DNA of 58,515 nucleotides from a virus (taxonomy: Duplodnaviria > Caudoviricetes): the IMG/VR virus record IMGVR_UViG_3300022208_000278, positions 1-58,515 of that record. One strand, given 5' to 3'. Below the pieces are notes generated by a model. It was given only the letters and a program-made list of their open reading frames with translations, was not told where the DNA came from and did no database searches. The position numbers were made by a program, and so were the translations under genes. Position 1 is the first letter of the stretch. Each line of letters begins with the position of its first letter. Below, piece by piece: positions 1 through 7,525 of this stretch.

Positions 1-228
1 ATGACAAAGAATGAGGCAATAACAGAACACCTAAAACACTGGGAGAAATTCCCCGTTTTCGTGTGGAAAGAAGGAAACGACCTTGTGACCGAGGTTGACG
101 GAAACATACTGCGTGCAAAGACAGTATTCCAGATGGACACGAAACTAGATGGGATAGCACCAGCCCCAAGGAATTTGTATTTTGTGGACGCGCCAGATTA
201 TGAAACAGAGTGTGCAGAACGGAACTGA
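1..228 (+). CDS. hypothetical protein at distal end of array A
   Basis: 75-aa ORF ending within the first attC-like site. Confidence 0.65.
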   Translation: MTKNEAITEHLKHWEKFPVFVWKEGNDLVTEVDGNILRAKTVFQMDTKLDGIAPAPRNLYFVDAPDYETECAERN

Positions 229-297
229 GCTAACCGGACACGCCGTAGGCGTGTCCGAGTTGAGCGAGTGGTTAGCCGACAAATTTAACAACGGAGA

Positions 298-567
298 ATG
301 AACATGCGTATTTGGAAATGGGTAATTGGTATATCCGACGAATTAACTTTGATGATGCCTATCGGAGCAAAGCTGCTTGACGTTCAAATGCAAGCAGACC
401 AATGCTACATTTGGGCGCTGTGCGATCAGAACGCCGAAAAAGAACCGCGACACTTGGCGATATATGGAACCGGGAACCCGATGCCGGATGATCCTGGTGA
501 GTACGTGGCAACCTTCCAAATGCACGGTGGGGCGTTGGTATTCCATGCGTTCGAGATTGGCGGCTAA
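298..567 (+). CDS. cassette protein (small phage protein, ...IYGTGNPMP...VATFQMHGGALVFHAFE)
   Basis: RBS acGGAGa; stop TAA inside the GGCTAAC box. Confidence 0.8.
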   Translation: MNMRIWKWVIGISDELTLMMPIGAKLLDVQMQADQCYIWALCDQNAEKEPRHLAIYGTGNPMPDDPGEYVATFQMHGGALVFHAFEIGG

Positions 568-654
568 CGCCTGAGATAACCGGAGCGACGCGGCTTTATT
601 GCGGCGCGTCCGGTTGATTGACGGGTTAGGCCCGTCTTAACTACGGAGAACAAA

Positions 655-885
655 ATGGAAACACTTGAAACACTTGATGAAATGATTGATAAGCTAAAAA
701 ATTTACGCGAATCAATTGGGAGAAATTGCAATGTATTTGTGTCTGGGTGGAACGATACCGGAATAGTTCGCCCGACGAACACGGTAGCAATATTTGTTAA
801 AAGGACAGGGCTAAAAGAAGACGGTGAGATAAGCCGCGTTTGGGAAGAATCAGATGATGGTGATATAGCGGTAATCATATCGTGA
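655..885 (+). CDS. cassette hypothetical protein
   Basis: RBS acGGAGa; fills cassette 625-899. Confidence 0.75.
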   Translation: METLETLDEMIDKLKNLRESIGRNCNVFVSGWNDTGIVRPTNTVAIFVKRTGLKEDGEISRVWEESDDGDIAVIIS

Positions 886-959
886 TTGAGGGGCATAACG
901 CAGAAATAACCGGCGGCTGAAAGCCGTCCCGCTGGATTGACGGGTTAGCGAACATAAGG

Positions 960-1121
960 ATGATTGAAATGGAAGACTTAATTGGGCCACCAGAGCAAGG
1001 CGCTTTGGTCGAGATTTACGCAAAAGGAATGCGCGTAAAAATTCGCGTGAACGATTCGGAAGATGCGGAGATTGTGAGGTTGGCATTAGAGATGGCTGAA
1101 CGTCGCAGGTATGGACGCTAA
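960..1121 (+). CDS. cassette hypothetical protein, 53 aa (MIEMEDLIGPPEQGALVEIYAKG...RRRYGR), not in ORF track
   Basis: Manual translation; AAGGA upstream of the second ATG (969); TAA in CGCTAAC box. Confidence 0.65.
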   Translation: MIEMEDLIGPPEQGALVEIYAKGMRVKIRVNDSEDAEIVRLALEMAERRRYGR

Positions 1122-1159
1122 CAATTGAATTAACGCGCCGCCGCTTTTGGCGGTCGCGG

Positions 1160-1348
1160 TTGAATGAGGGGTTCGACATACAGGAAGCGTGGAGAACTGG
1201 CGAGCGGGTGAGTCTCAATCCAGGGCCACCAGACCCGGTGAAGATGGCCGTATTGATGCGGCAGCGAGATATGGGGCGGTGGGTATTTGGCGCTATGGCC
1301 GTTGGTTTTCTGGTCATGGCGATTGCGGCGGTGATTCGTGATGTCTAA
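1160..1348 (+). CDS. cassette small membrane protein (start uncertain)
   Basis: C-terminal hydrophobic helix; TAA in GTCTAAC box. Confidence 0.55.
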   Translation: MNEGFDIQEAWRTGERVSLNPGPPDPVKMAVLMRQRDMGRWVFGAMAVGFLVMAIAAVIRDV

Positions 1349-1431
1349 CGTGGAGTTAACTCGGCTGCGCATCGCGCAGTCCGGTGGAGCGAAGCGGAAC
1401 GAAAGTTGAACGTAAAGTTAGGGGTGAAACT

Positions 1432-1701
1432 ATGGAAATAAGTACACACAAAGCGGCAGAGCTTTTAAAGCTGATGACCGGAGAACTGAGACAAGATGAA
1501 TACGGAGAAACCGCATTCATGCTTGATGATGGACGCGCATTACTACTCACAACATCGGTACATATCGGGGTGCATACGTCATCGGCTCGGGTTGTATACC
1601 ATCACGTTATGGGATATATCGCGGAGGAATTCGAGCCGCTACCAAAAGCCCCTAACGTGGAGGTAAGCCGCAACCAACAGCGGCCACAAAATGACGAATA
1701 A
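1432..1701 (+). CDS. cassette hypothetical protein; C-terminus read into next attC
   Basis: ATG 15 nt after GTTAGGG; ends PNVEVSRNQQRPQNDE, encoded by the attC. Confidence 0.7.
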   Translation: MEISTHKAAELLKLMTGELRQDEYGETAFMLDDGRALLLTTSVHIGVHTSSARVVYHHVMGYIAEEFEPLPKAPNVEVSRNQQRPQNDE

Positions 1702-1990
1702 AACTACAACACAAAGCCCGCTGTTGGTTGTCGGACTTGACCGTAAAGTTAGGGGTGATGCGCAATTTGTTGAGGCCGTGAAAAAATGGAGGCTCGACAC
1801 TGGCGGAACGGAATTGCATCTCGTGCTAAATAACGGGAAGCCGCAGGCGGCATACCCGCGCAAGGTGCAAGCGGAAATATATGCGAGTGGATTTTCAAAA
1901 AACGAAGGCGTGAAAATCATTAGCGGAACTTTCACCCCTAACGTGCAAGTTCAGCGGGACGCCGCTTTTGGCGGCTCCGCTGGAACGTAG
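1691..1990 (+). CDS. cassette hypothetical protein with attC-encoded leader and tail
   Basis: ATG lies in loop of attC 1650-1754; stop lies in attC 1936-1998. Confidence 0.65.
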   Translation: MTNKTTTQSPLLVVGLDRKVRGDAQFVEAVKKWRLDTGGTELHLVLNNGKPQAAYPRKVQAEIYASGFSKNEGVKIISGTFTPNVQVQRDAAFGGSAGT

Positions 1991-2023
1991 GGTTGTGCGT
2001 CAACTTAACAACGGAGAACGAAA

Positions 2024-2263
2024 ATGAAAAAAGAATTTGGAGAAGCGCCGCTTACATGCCCAGAATGTGGCAGCCAAGAAGTTACAGTAAGCCACCTACA
2101 AAGGTTCATGGCTAACACTGGTGATCATTACTGCCACAGTGTAAAGACACAAGATGCGGACTCAGAATCGACATGTCTTGCTTGCCAATGGATTGGAAGG
2201 CGCGACCAGTTAATGACGCACAACGTAGAGCTAACCGGCGCTGCGCGCCACGAAAAGGAGTAA
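2024..2263 (+). CDS. cassette Zn-ribbon protein (CPECGS...CLAC)
   Basis: RBS acGGAGa; two CxxC motifs. Confidence 0.75.
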   Translation: MKKEFGEAPLTCPECGSQEVTVSHLQRFMANTGDHYCHSVKTQDADSESTCLACQWIGRRDQLMTHNVELTGAARHEKE

Positions 2264-2268
2264 GAGAT

Positions 2269-2577
2269 ATGAAGATCGAGAAACCACATGACTCAGCAAC
2301 GCCTACGGGCGCAGCGTCCGCGTTGAGCGCCGGGTTAGCCGTGCGGGTTGATCCTTTATACGTTTCCGTTCGCGGAAGCGAGGGGATCACCTTCAAGGAA
2401 GGCTGGAGCACTGGGAACATGACTGCGCCGGGAGTACAGATCGACACGGTTTGGTACGCAGAGCAGAGCAGAGCATTCGGCGGGTGCATTGACAGGGCCG
2501 AAGCTACGCAAATACGCGACTGGCTGAACTCGTGCATAGCCAAATGGGATCAGGAGAAGGTGAAGGCTAACGTCTGA
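2269..2577 (+). CDS. cassette hypothetical protein with attC-encoded leader
   Basis: AAGGAG-N8-ATG inside attC 2218-2340. Confidence 0.7.
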   Translation: MKIEKPHDSATPTGAASALSAGLAVRVDPLYVSVRGSEGITFKEGWSTGNMTAPGVQIDTVWYAEQSRAFGGCIDRAEATQIRDWLNSCIAKWDQEKVKANV

Positions 2578-2642
2578 CATAAGGGGCTGGCCGTAGGCCA
2601 GTCCCTCTTGGTGGAAAAGTTAGACCACATTGGAGACAGAAG

Positions 2643-2957
2643 ATGATGATAGATATTAGATGCCAGCGAGAACCGTGGAGAGACGGGATAGAGGTTGCGG
2701 TATTTCAGAAGCGAGAATTTGGAATGATGGTTGCCGAACCGTTGACGCTTAGAGAACTGAAGGACGGAGAAAACCTCAACGAGCCAACTATGCGCCTGCG
2801 GAACGAAGAGGCGCAACAATTGATAGATGAACTCTGGCGATGCGGACTGAGGCCCAGTGAAGGAACGGGCAGCGCCGGAAGTTTGGCGGCAACCGAAAAG
2901 CACTTGGCAGACATGCAGAAAATAGCGTTGGGGCTGCTTAAAGTTCATGGGGTCTAA
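2643..2957 (+). CDS. cassette phage hypothetical protein (...AQQLIDELWRCGLRPSEGTGSAGSLAATEKHLADM)
   Basis: GGAG RBS; TAA in GTCTAAC box. Confidence 0.8.
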   Translation: MMIDIRCQREPWRDGIEVAVFQKREFGMMVAEPLTLRELKDGENLNEPTMRLRNEEAQQLIDELWRCGLRPSEGTGSAGSLAATEKHLADMQKIALGLLKVHGV

Positions 2958-3002
2958 CGACAAAATTGAGCAGCCGCCCACTAAAACACTGGAGAAAACA
3001 CG

Positions 3003-3344
3003 ATGAACGATGAGACAAAACTGAATGACGAAAACCCCGCTGATGGGCGGTCTGACTCGAATGGAGGGTTAGGCGAAGTTGATTTTTATAATTATCTTCG
3101 AGAAGAAATAACTGATTTAGATAGCGCCAAAATGTTCATGTGGAAATGGGTGAACGAAATGGATCAGGAACTCCCCAAATTTGGCTCGATAAGCTCAAGA
3201 GCGCTGTGCGCCCACGTTAGCGCGATATTGGAAGGAAAGGAACAAGACGATTCAGGGGGTGATGGATATACTCAATACCTGAATACAAAGTATGGGCCTG
3301 AACTCTACTATTCAGCGTGGGGAGGGCGGCCTAACGTGATATAG
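3003..3344 (+). CDS. cassette hypothetical protein with attC-encoded leader; stop supplied by attI-like site
   Basis: GGAG + ATG inside attC 2952-3074; ends PNVI* in AACGTGATATAG. Confidence 0.7.
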   Translation: MNDETKLNDENPADGRSDSNGGLGEVDFYNYLREEITDLDSAKMFMWKWVNEMDQELPKFGSISSRALCAHVSAILEGKEQDDSGGDGYTQYLNTKYGPELYYSAWGGRPNVI

Positions 3345-3394
3345 ACACCTTTGCAGGTGTATAACACCCTGCGAAGGCAGTTTTACACCTAAAG
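3329..3394 (-). other. attI-like recombination site A
   Basis: - strand reads ...GGTGTAAAAC...GGTGTTATACACCTGCAAAGGTGTCTATATCACG|TTAGGC; near-identical copies at 6141-6206 and 40125-40190. Confidence 0.7.
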
Positions 3395-3406
3395 GAGAAA
3401 AATAAA

Positions 3407-3437
3407 TTGACAAAACATTAATTTGCTTTAACATAAT
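3407..3437 (+). promoter_or_regulatory. sigma70-like promoter upstream of Q-like gene
   Basis: TTGACA 3407-3412; TAACAT (16-nt spacer) or CATAAT. Confidence 0.45.
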
Positions 3438-3455
3438 GACCCACAACGAAGCGGA

Positions 3456-3989
3456 TTGGTTGGATACAATTTAAAAGATGGGGACGAATTGCGAATATCA
3501 ATTAAATCTTATTCACAGGCAGTAAACTCGTCGAATTTAATTGATAATACAATTAAGCAAGATACGGCGATATTGGCCGCTGTAGCTCTATCATCAGAGC
3601 TTGGGTCAATGCTATTCCGGGCTAAATATGCTGGAGACGAGCACAGCGTCATGATGCTCATGGATGCGTGGCGAATAAAAGTCTCTGCGGTGGCAAAAAA
3701 ACGCAGATTTTTGGAAAAGGCAAATGAGGTTGCTGATACGTCCTTGCGATATTGGCTGCAAGGCGTATGCCGAGTATGTGATGGTCGAACTGCACCGAAA
3801 ATTGATAACACACCAATGCTGGCCGATCTTGTGTGCCCAGCGTGCGGTGGGAGCGGGCAAGCCAGATTAAAGTGCGATGAGAGCATAAAAGATCATGTTC
3901 GTGATGCAATCGAAACGCTAAACCAAATGGAACGCGAGGCAGGCGGCGCAGCGATCAGGAAATTGTCGGATGATGTGCGTGCGGTATAA
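3456..3989 (+). CDS. antitermination protein Q-like (Zn finger CRVCDG...CPACGGSG); start may be TTG 3489
   Basis: Size and paired CxxCxG motifs typical of lambdoid Q antiterminators. Confidence 0.6.
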   Translation: MVGYNLKDGDELRISIKSYSQAVNSSNLIDNTIKQDTAILAAVALSSELGSMLFRAKYAGDEHSVMMLMDAWRIKVSAVAKKRRFLEKANEVADTSLRYWLQGVCRVCDGRTAPKIDNTPMLADLVCPACGGSGQARLKCDESIKDHVRDAIETLNQMEREAGGAAIRKLSDDVRAV

Positions 3990-3998
3990 ATTTACAAA

Positions 3999-4085
3999 GG
4001 AAGATGCCGCTAGGTTGGCTGGCAAGCGGTTTTGAAAACCGTGGTGTCCGAAAGGGTAAGGGTTCGACTCCTTCATCTTCCGCCA
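3999..4085 (+). tRNA. tRNA-Ser (anticodon TGA)
   Basis: Acceptor GGAAGAT/ATCTTCC, discriminator G + CCA, anticodon arm GCGGT-TTTGAAA-ACCGT, long variable arm, GGTTCGACTCC T-arm. Confidence 0.9.
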
Positions 4086-4126
4086 TTATTACCATTATTA
4101 AACGCCACAGGCAGCTTGACCGTAAA

Positions 4127-4265
4127 GTTAGGGGTGAAAGTGGTGGGGATTATTAAAGCGCATCCAAGCGCAAGTGTTCCGGGAGGCATACCGGGTAGTG
4201 CAGGCCGTTCGACACGGCGGCACGGCATGTTGGATATAGTAGTCCTCACCACTTTCGCCACTAAC
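4127..4265. ncRNA. ORF-less cassette, candidate structured RNA
   Basis: 23-bp terminal inverted complement (3 mismatches); internal GCCG-TTCGACA-CGGC T-loop-like hairpin; no RBS/ATG-led ORF filling the cassette. Confidence 0.35.
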
Positions 4266-4326
4266 GTAGAGCTAACCGGCAGGCCGCTTGGATGCCGTGT
4301 TAGGCACGACCAAACAGGAGAACGAA

Positions 4327-4635
4327 ATGAAATTGCTGGACATGGTTTCCGCTCTATCAAAAGCAGGTGTTGCTACAACAGTGCGCGGTGTAGGGGAAAC
4401 ATTGATAGCCGAGTTTGAGGATGGGTTTTATAAATCAGACGGAATGGCGCACCTACGCGAAGAAAACGGGCGACTGTATCTAAACGCCAGATATGGCGAG
4501 AAGAAAGAGGTTTTAGGGATTGATGACGTTATCAAATGCTCTAAAGAATGGCACGAATTCAGCCACGATAGATTCGATGGATGGGAAACACCGCCAGCAC
4601 ATTGGGCCGCGCTGTATGAGACGTTGAGTGCCTAA
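4327..4635 (+). CDS. cassette hypothetical protein
   Basis: AGGAG RBS; TAA in GCCTAAC box. Confidence 0.8.
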   Translation: MKLLDMVSALSKAGVATTVRGVGETLIAEFEDGFYKSDGMAHLREENGRLYLNARYGEKKEVLGIDDVIKCSKEWHEFSHDRFDGWETPPAHWAALYETLSA

Positions 4636-4658
4636 CGTGGAATTAAGCGGGCGCGAAA

Positions 4659-4868
4659 ATGACCTCTGATAAAACCAGCCACGCTGAACGCGCTCCGCTT
4701 GAATGTAGGGTTATGCCTCTGCCACTTGGAACGCAAACCCAATGGGGAAAAATTGAAATGGTCGGCATCACTGGAGGCGAACGGTACTACTGGATGCTCG
4801 ACAAACATAAATGCGTGTCCATGATTCCTGCCTTCATGGTAGAACAGGGGCATAACGACAAAGCTTAG
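4659..4868 (+). CDS. cassette hypothetical protein with attC-encoded leader
   Basis: ATG within attC 4630-4716. Confidence 0.65.
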   Translation: MTSDKTSHAERAPLECRVMPLPLGTQTQWGKIEMVGITGGERYYWMLDKHKCVSMIPAFMVEQGHNDKA

Positions 4869-4938
4869 GGGCGACGCCGTAGGCGGCGTCCCACTAGAGC
4901 GGCGGGTTGTGCGCCGCCGTTCAACGGAGATAAACACG

Positions 4939-5226
4939 ATGAAGCGATACCGAACACCGAAGGCGAAACCCGGCGAACTGCTGGTGAAGTACGGGCAGGA
5001 ACATGGAGACCGTGACCTGTACTTTTGCTACGGGGCTGGCGGGGCAACAAGACGAGATTCAAATGTCGTGATGATGGCTTTCAATAGCGAACTGAAACTT
5101 GGGAATGGGAATTCACTCGTTAAAGAACTAGAGGCTCGTGGATACGACATCACAACGCTGAAATTCACGGTGCAATTGAAGGCGCACAACGTGAAGCTAA
5201 GAGACAGGCCGACCGAAAAACTTTAA
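4939..5226 (+). CDS. cassette phage hypothetical protein (...SLVKELEARGYDITTLKFTV)
   Basis: acGGAGa RBS; reads into next attC. Confidence 0.75.
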   Translation: MKRYRTPKAKPGELLVKYGQEHGDRDLYFCYGAGGATRRDSNVVMMAFNSELKLGNGNSLVKELEARGYDITTLKFTVQLKAHNVKLRDRPTEKL

Positions 5227-5240
5227 AGGAGAAATGAACC

Positions 5241-5498
5241 ATGAACACACGCAACTTTGGAAAGAAATCACTTATCGGCCTGTCCCTCTTGAGCGTAGGG
5301 TTAGTGGGTTGCGAACTTGCATCACCGTGGCAAGGTGCAGGTGCTCTTTACATTTACGATCATGGTGTTTCGCGTTGTGTAAATGTTAAAGAGGTAGCTT
5401 TCAATGCGTCTCGATCTACAGATTATATTGATCTTGATGGTATCCAATATTTGGCGCGTGAACCTGTGGCATATTACGCTGGTGAGAAATGCAAATGA
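5241..5498 (+). CDS. cassette lipoprotein; signal peptide encoded by attC
   Basis: MNTRNFGKK-SLIGLSLLSVG-LVGC lipobox; residues 1-22 lie in attC 5184-5306. Confidence 0.65.
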   Translation: MNTRNFGKKSLIGLSLLSVGLVGCELASPWQGAGALYIYDHGVSRCVNVKEVAFNASRSTDYIDLDGIQYLAREPVAYYAGEKCK

Positions 5499-5553
5499 AT
5501 ACCCCTAACGGGGAGCTAAGGGGCTGCGCGCATCACGAAACTTTGAAGGAGCG

Positions 5554-5901
5554 ATGAGCATGGAATCAGCGAACGAAACTGGAAAGAACCCCGCTGGCGC
5601 GCAGTCCGGTGGAGCCGAAGGCGGAACGAACTTGAGCGGATGGTTAGCCGCCGAGAAGCAGCAGGAAGCGGAATGGGACAATTTTTGGCGCGAGCGCGAA
5701 CTAGAAGAACGAGAGCTTTTTGAGCAGAGCTACCGCCGCCACAAACTGAACCGGCATCATGGCGGAACAGGAGAATATGAGCATCGCTACGTCGAGCATT
5801 GTTGGCATGGCTGGATGGATAGGGCATTCGTGATCTACACAGAGGCGGCTAACGTGCAAGTTCAGCGGGACGCCGCTTTTGGCGGCTCCGCTGGAACGTA
5901 G
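5554..5901 (+). CDS. cassette hypothetical protein with attC leader and tail
   Basis: AAGGAG + ATG inside attC 5503-5649; tail identical to that of 1691-1990. Confidence 0.7.
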   Translation: MSMESANETGKNPAGAQSGGAEGGTNLSGWLAAEKQQEAEWDNFWRERELEERELFEQSYRRHKLNRHHGGTGEYEHRYVEHCWHGWMDRAFVIYTEAANVQVQRDAAFGGSAGT

Positions 5902-5934
5902 GGTTGTGCGTCAATCAAACTATGGAGAATAAAA

Positions 5935-6156
5935 ATGTGCGTAATAGTCATGGTCGGAGATATTGAGTGTAGTACAAAAGCAGAACTGAGAAATGCTATC
6001 GGAATTGAACCGGAGCGCAGAAAGAAAGATTACAAAACATTTGAGGACGGAGATTGTCTTTGTCCATGCGATCTTGAGAAAACAGCAAAGCTCGCAAATA
6101 TGACTTTGAGCGGCGATTCTTGGGATGTGCAGATTTTGACGCACAACGTGATATAG
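5935..6156 (+). CDS. cassette hypothetical protein (DCLCPCD)
   Basis: GGAG RBS; ends HNVI* in attI-like site. Confidence 0.75.
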   Translation: MCVIVMVGDIECSTKAELRNAIGIEPERRKKDYKTFEDGDCLCPCDLEKTAKLANMTLSGDSWDVQILTHNVI

Positions 6157-6206
6157 GCACATTTGCAGGTGTATAACACCCAACGAAGGCAGTTTTACAC
6201 CTAAAG
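6141..6206 (-). other. attI-like recombination site B
   Basis: AACGTGATATAGGCACATTTGCAGGTGTATAACACCC...TTTTACACCTAAAG, near-identical to sites A and C. Confidence 0.7.
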
Positions 6207-6321
6207 ACAATAGGATTGAATTTTGAATCTGAAAAAAAACAGTAGCTAGTCAATATCTCAAAGTGGAATAGTTCGGGTGTTAAGGTTCATGCCAAGCTGA
6301 ATATCAAGATGATGAAGAGTC

Positions 6322-6579
6322 TCATTTCCTAGGGAGCATCCTACGCTCTTTCTCGTTGATTATTCTTGATTCTGTGATTTTTATTCTGATACAAACAAGC
6401 CAGTAAATAATTAGCACAAATGATAATAACGCACCCATAGCCGAGGCTAGCTTCCCAATGTCATTGGGTATCCATTCAAGCACCGTGCTGAGTCCAGATG
6501 CCGCCGTCGCGCTACCCAATGCTATCGCCGTCTTTGGGCTTGTAGCCATTCCTGCTAGTACGCTTTTTAAGTCTGTCAT
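6322..6579 (-). CDS. small membrane protein (holin-like)
   Basis: Two hydrophobic segments, basic C-terminus, end of lysis cluster. Confidence 0.55.
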   Translation of the reverse strand: MTDLKSVLAGMATSPKTAIALGSATAASGLSTVLEWIPNDIGKLASAMGALLSFVLIIYWLVCIRIKITESRIINEKERRMLPRK

Positions 6580-7040
6580 GTTTGTGTTTCGCTTCTAGGT
6601 AAAGATGAATTGCTTTCGCTATTATGACTATCGAGGTCAACACCCCGCCGACCCATTGCAATATTTCCATAGCTCTTGTCCTTCCCCGACATGATGTAAA
6701 TGGTGTAGATGTACAGCGAAGCGAAAGCATAATTATAGTAAATTGGCGAAAGGTAAAGCATGTAGATGACCCACCCAAAGATATTCAAAACGATTGCGCC
6801 AATACAAATCCGAATCAAAATCAAGATAAAATCTGTGATTTCCGATAGCGCGACCAATGTGAAAATGATCCACAAATGCAAAAACATATCTGAAAAGTAA
6901 TAATTAATATCACTAAAATAATCAGACAGTAAGTTATGTACCAGCGTTAAAGATGCAAAGCAAATCGCCGCCAAAGCTCTTTCTTGCGTCGGCTGAAAGA
7001 GCGCGACGAACACTAGTACGATAACTAGAAAATCAATCAT
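6576..7040 (-). CDS. multi-pass membrane protein
   Basis: 4-5 hydrophobic helices; coupled to downstream ORF. Confidence 0.65.
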   Translation of the reverse strand: MIDFLVIVLVFVALFQPTQERALAAICFASLTLVHNLLSDYFSDINYYFSDMFLHLWIIFTLVALSEITDFILILIRICIGAIVLNIFGWVIYMLYLSPIYYNYAFASLYIYTIYIMSGKDKSYGNIAMGRRGVDLDSHNSESNSSLPRSETQT

Positions 7041-7120
7041 TTTTTAGGTTTAGGCCATTTAGATTTATCATCACGCTTACGACCTTTACCACCGAAAAGT
7101 TTGTGCATTGCATTTCTCCT

Positions 7121-7525
7121 TTATTTATTTACTTCTATTGCGTCAATGTTTAGTTGGTCGGCTCGCTTGATAATCCTTCCAACTCTTTCTGCATGATTTC
7201 CGTAGATTTCATCAGTTCTTTCTGAAAGTAACCTACTTCCTCCGTCTTTATCTGCTTCCTTGGCAGATTTACAGATCGGGAAGTGGACGCGCACCCGGCC
7301 AGCAGCAGCAATGGCAAGGCTATCAATAATACCTTGGTTAGTGTCATGCTCCTCCCCTTTCCTTACCAATTCGTTTGCGTACTCAAGAACCACATTTTTA
7401 TTTTCCTCTGAATCAGCAGATTTCTGCGCGTTCCATTGGCTTTGTACATACATCATACCACTCTTTACGCCAGCGCCAAATAGGGCTATTACAAGGGCGG
7501 CATACACGTATAAGCGCGGGGTCAT
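7121..7525 (-). CDS. i-spanin (Rz-like)
   Basis: N-terminal TM anchor plus helical periplasmic region, downstream of endolysin/holin, hosts an embedded lipoprotein ORF. Confidence 0.65.
   Translation of the reverse strand: MTPRLYVYAALVIALFGAGVKSGMMYVQSQWNAQKSADSEENKNVVLEYANELVRKGEEHDTNQGIIDSLAIAAAGRVRVHFPICKSAKEADKDGGSRLLSERTDEIYGNHAERVGRIIKRADQLNIDAIEVNK
7150..7347 (-). CDS. o-spanin (Rz1-like lipoprotein) embedded in Rz
   Basis: LLLLAGC lipobox in alternate frame within the i-spanin gene. Confidence 0.6.
   Translation of the reverse strand: MTLTKVLLIALPLLLLAGCASTSRSVNLPRKQIKTEEVGYFQKELMKSTEIMQKELEGLSSEPTN

Larger units (their letters stand above)
214..3394 (-). mobile_element. Integron-like cassette array A (10 cassettes, ORFs on +, attC top strand on -)
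   Basis: attC-like imperfect palindromes bounded by AAC...GTT boxes at 214-277, 562-631, 893-950, 1116-1177, 1343-1423, 1650-1754, 1936-1998, 2218-2340, 2565-2625, 2952-3074. One small ORF lies between each pair, cassette ends are mutually complementary, and an attI-like site sits at 3329-3394. Confidence 0.9.
4114..6206 (-). mobile_element. Integron-like cassette array B (7 cassettes, ORFs on +)
   Basis: Half-site 4114-4133; attC-like sites 4259-4305, 4630-4716, 4850-4912, 5184-5306, 5503-5649, 5847-5909; attI-like 6141-6206. Confidence 0.9.

Noticed and set aside
3395-3455. LexA (SOS) box near attI-like sites, as at intI promoters
   Set aside because: No convincing CTGT-N8-ACAG was seen by eye beside any of the sites.
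3999-4085. Selenocysteine or suppressor tRNA
   Set aside because: Anticodon TGA reads UCA (Ser); Sec or opal suppression would need TCA.
4032-4418. 128-aa ORF in the track
   Set aside because: It overlaps the tRNA, two att sites and the real gene at 4327, and has no RBS.
214-6206. CRISPR array interpretation of the periodic repeats
   Set aside because: Repeats are 47-147 bp and divergent, the intervening segments are whole ORFs of variable length, and there are no cas genes.
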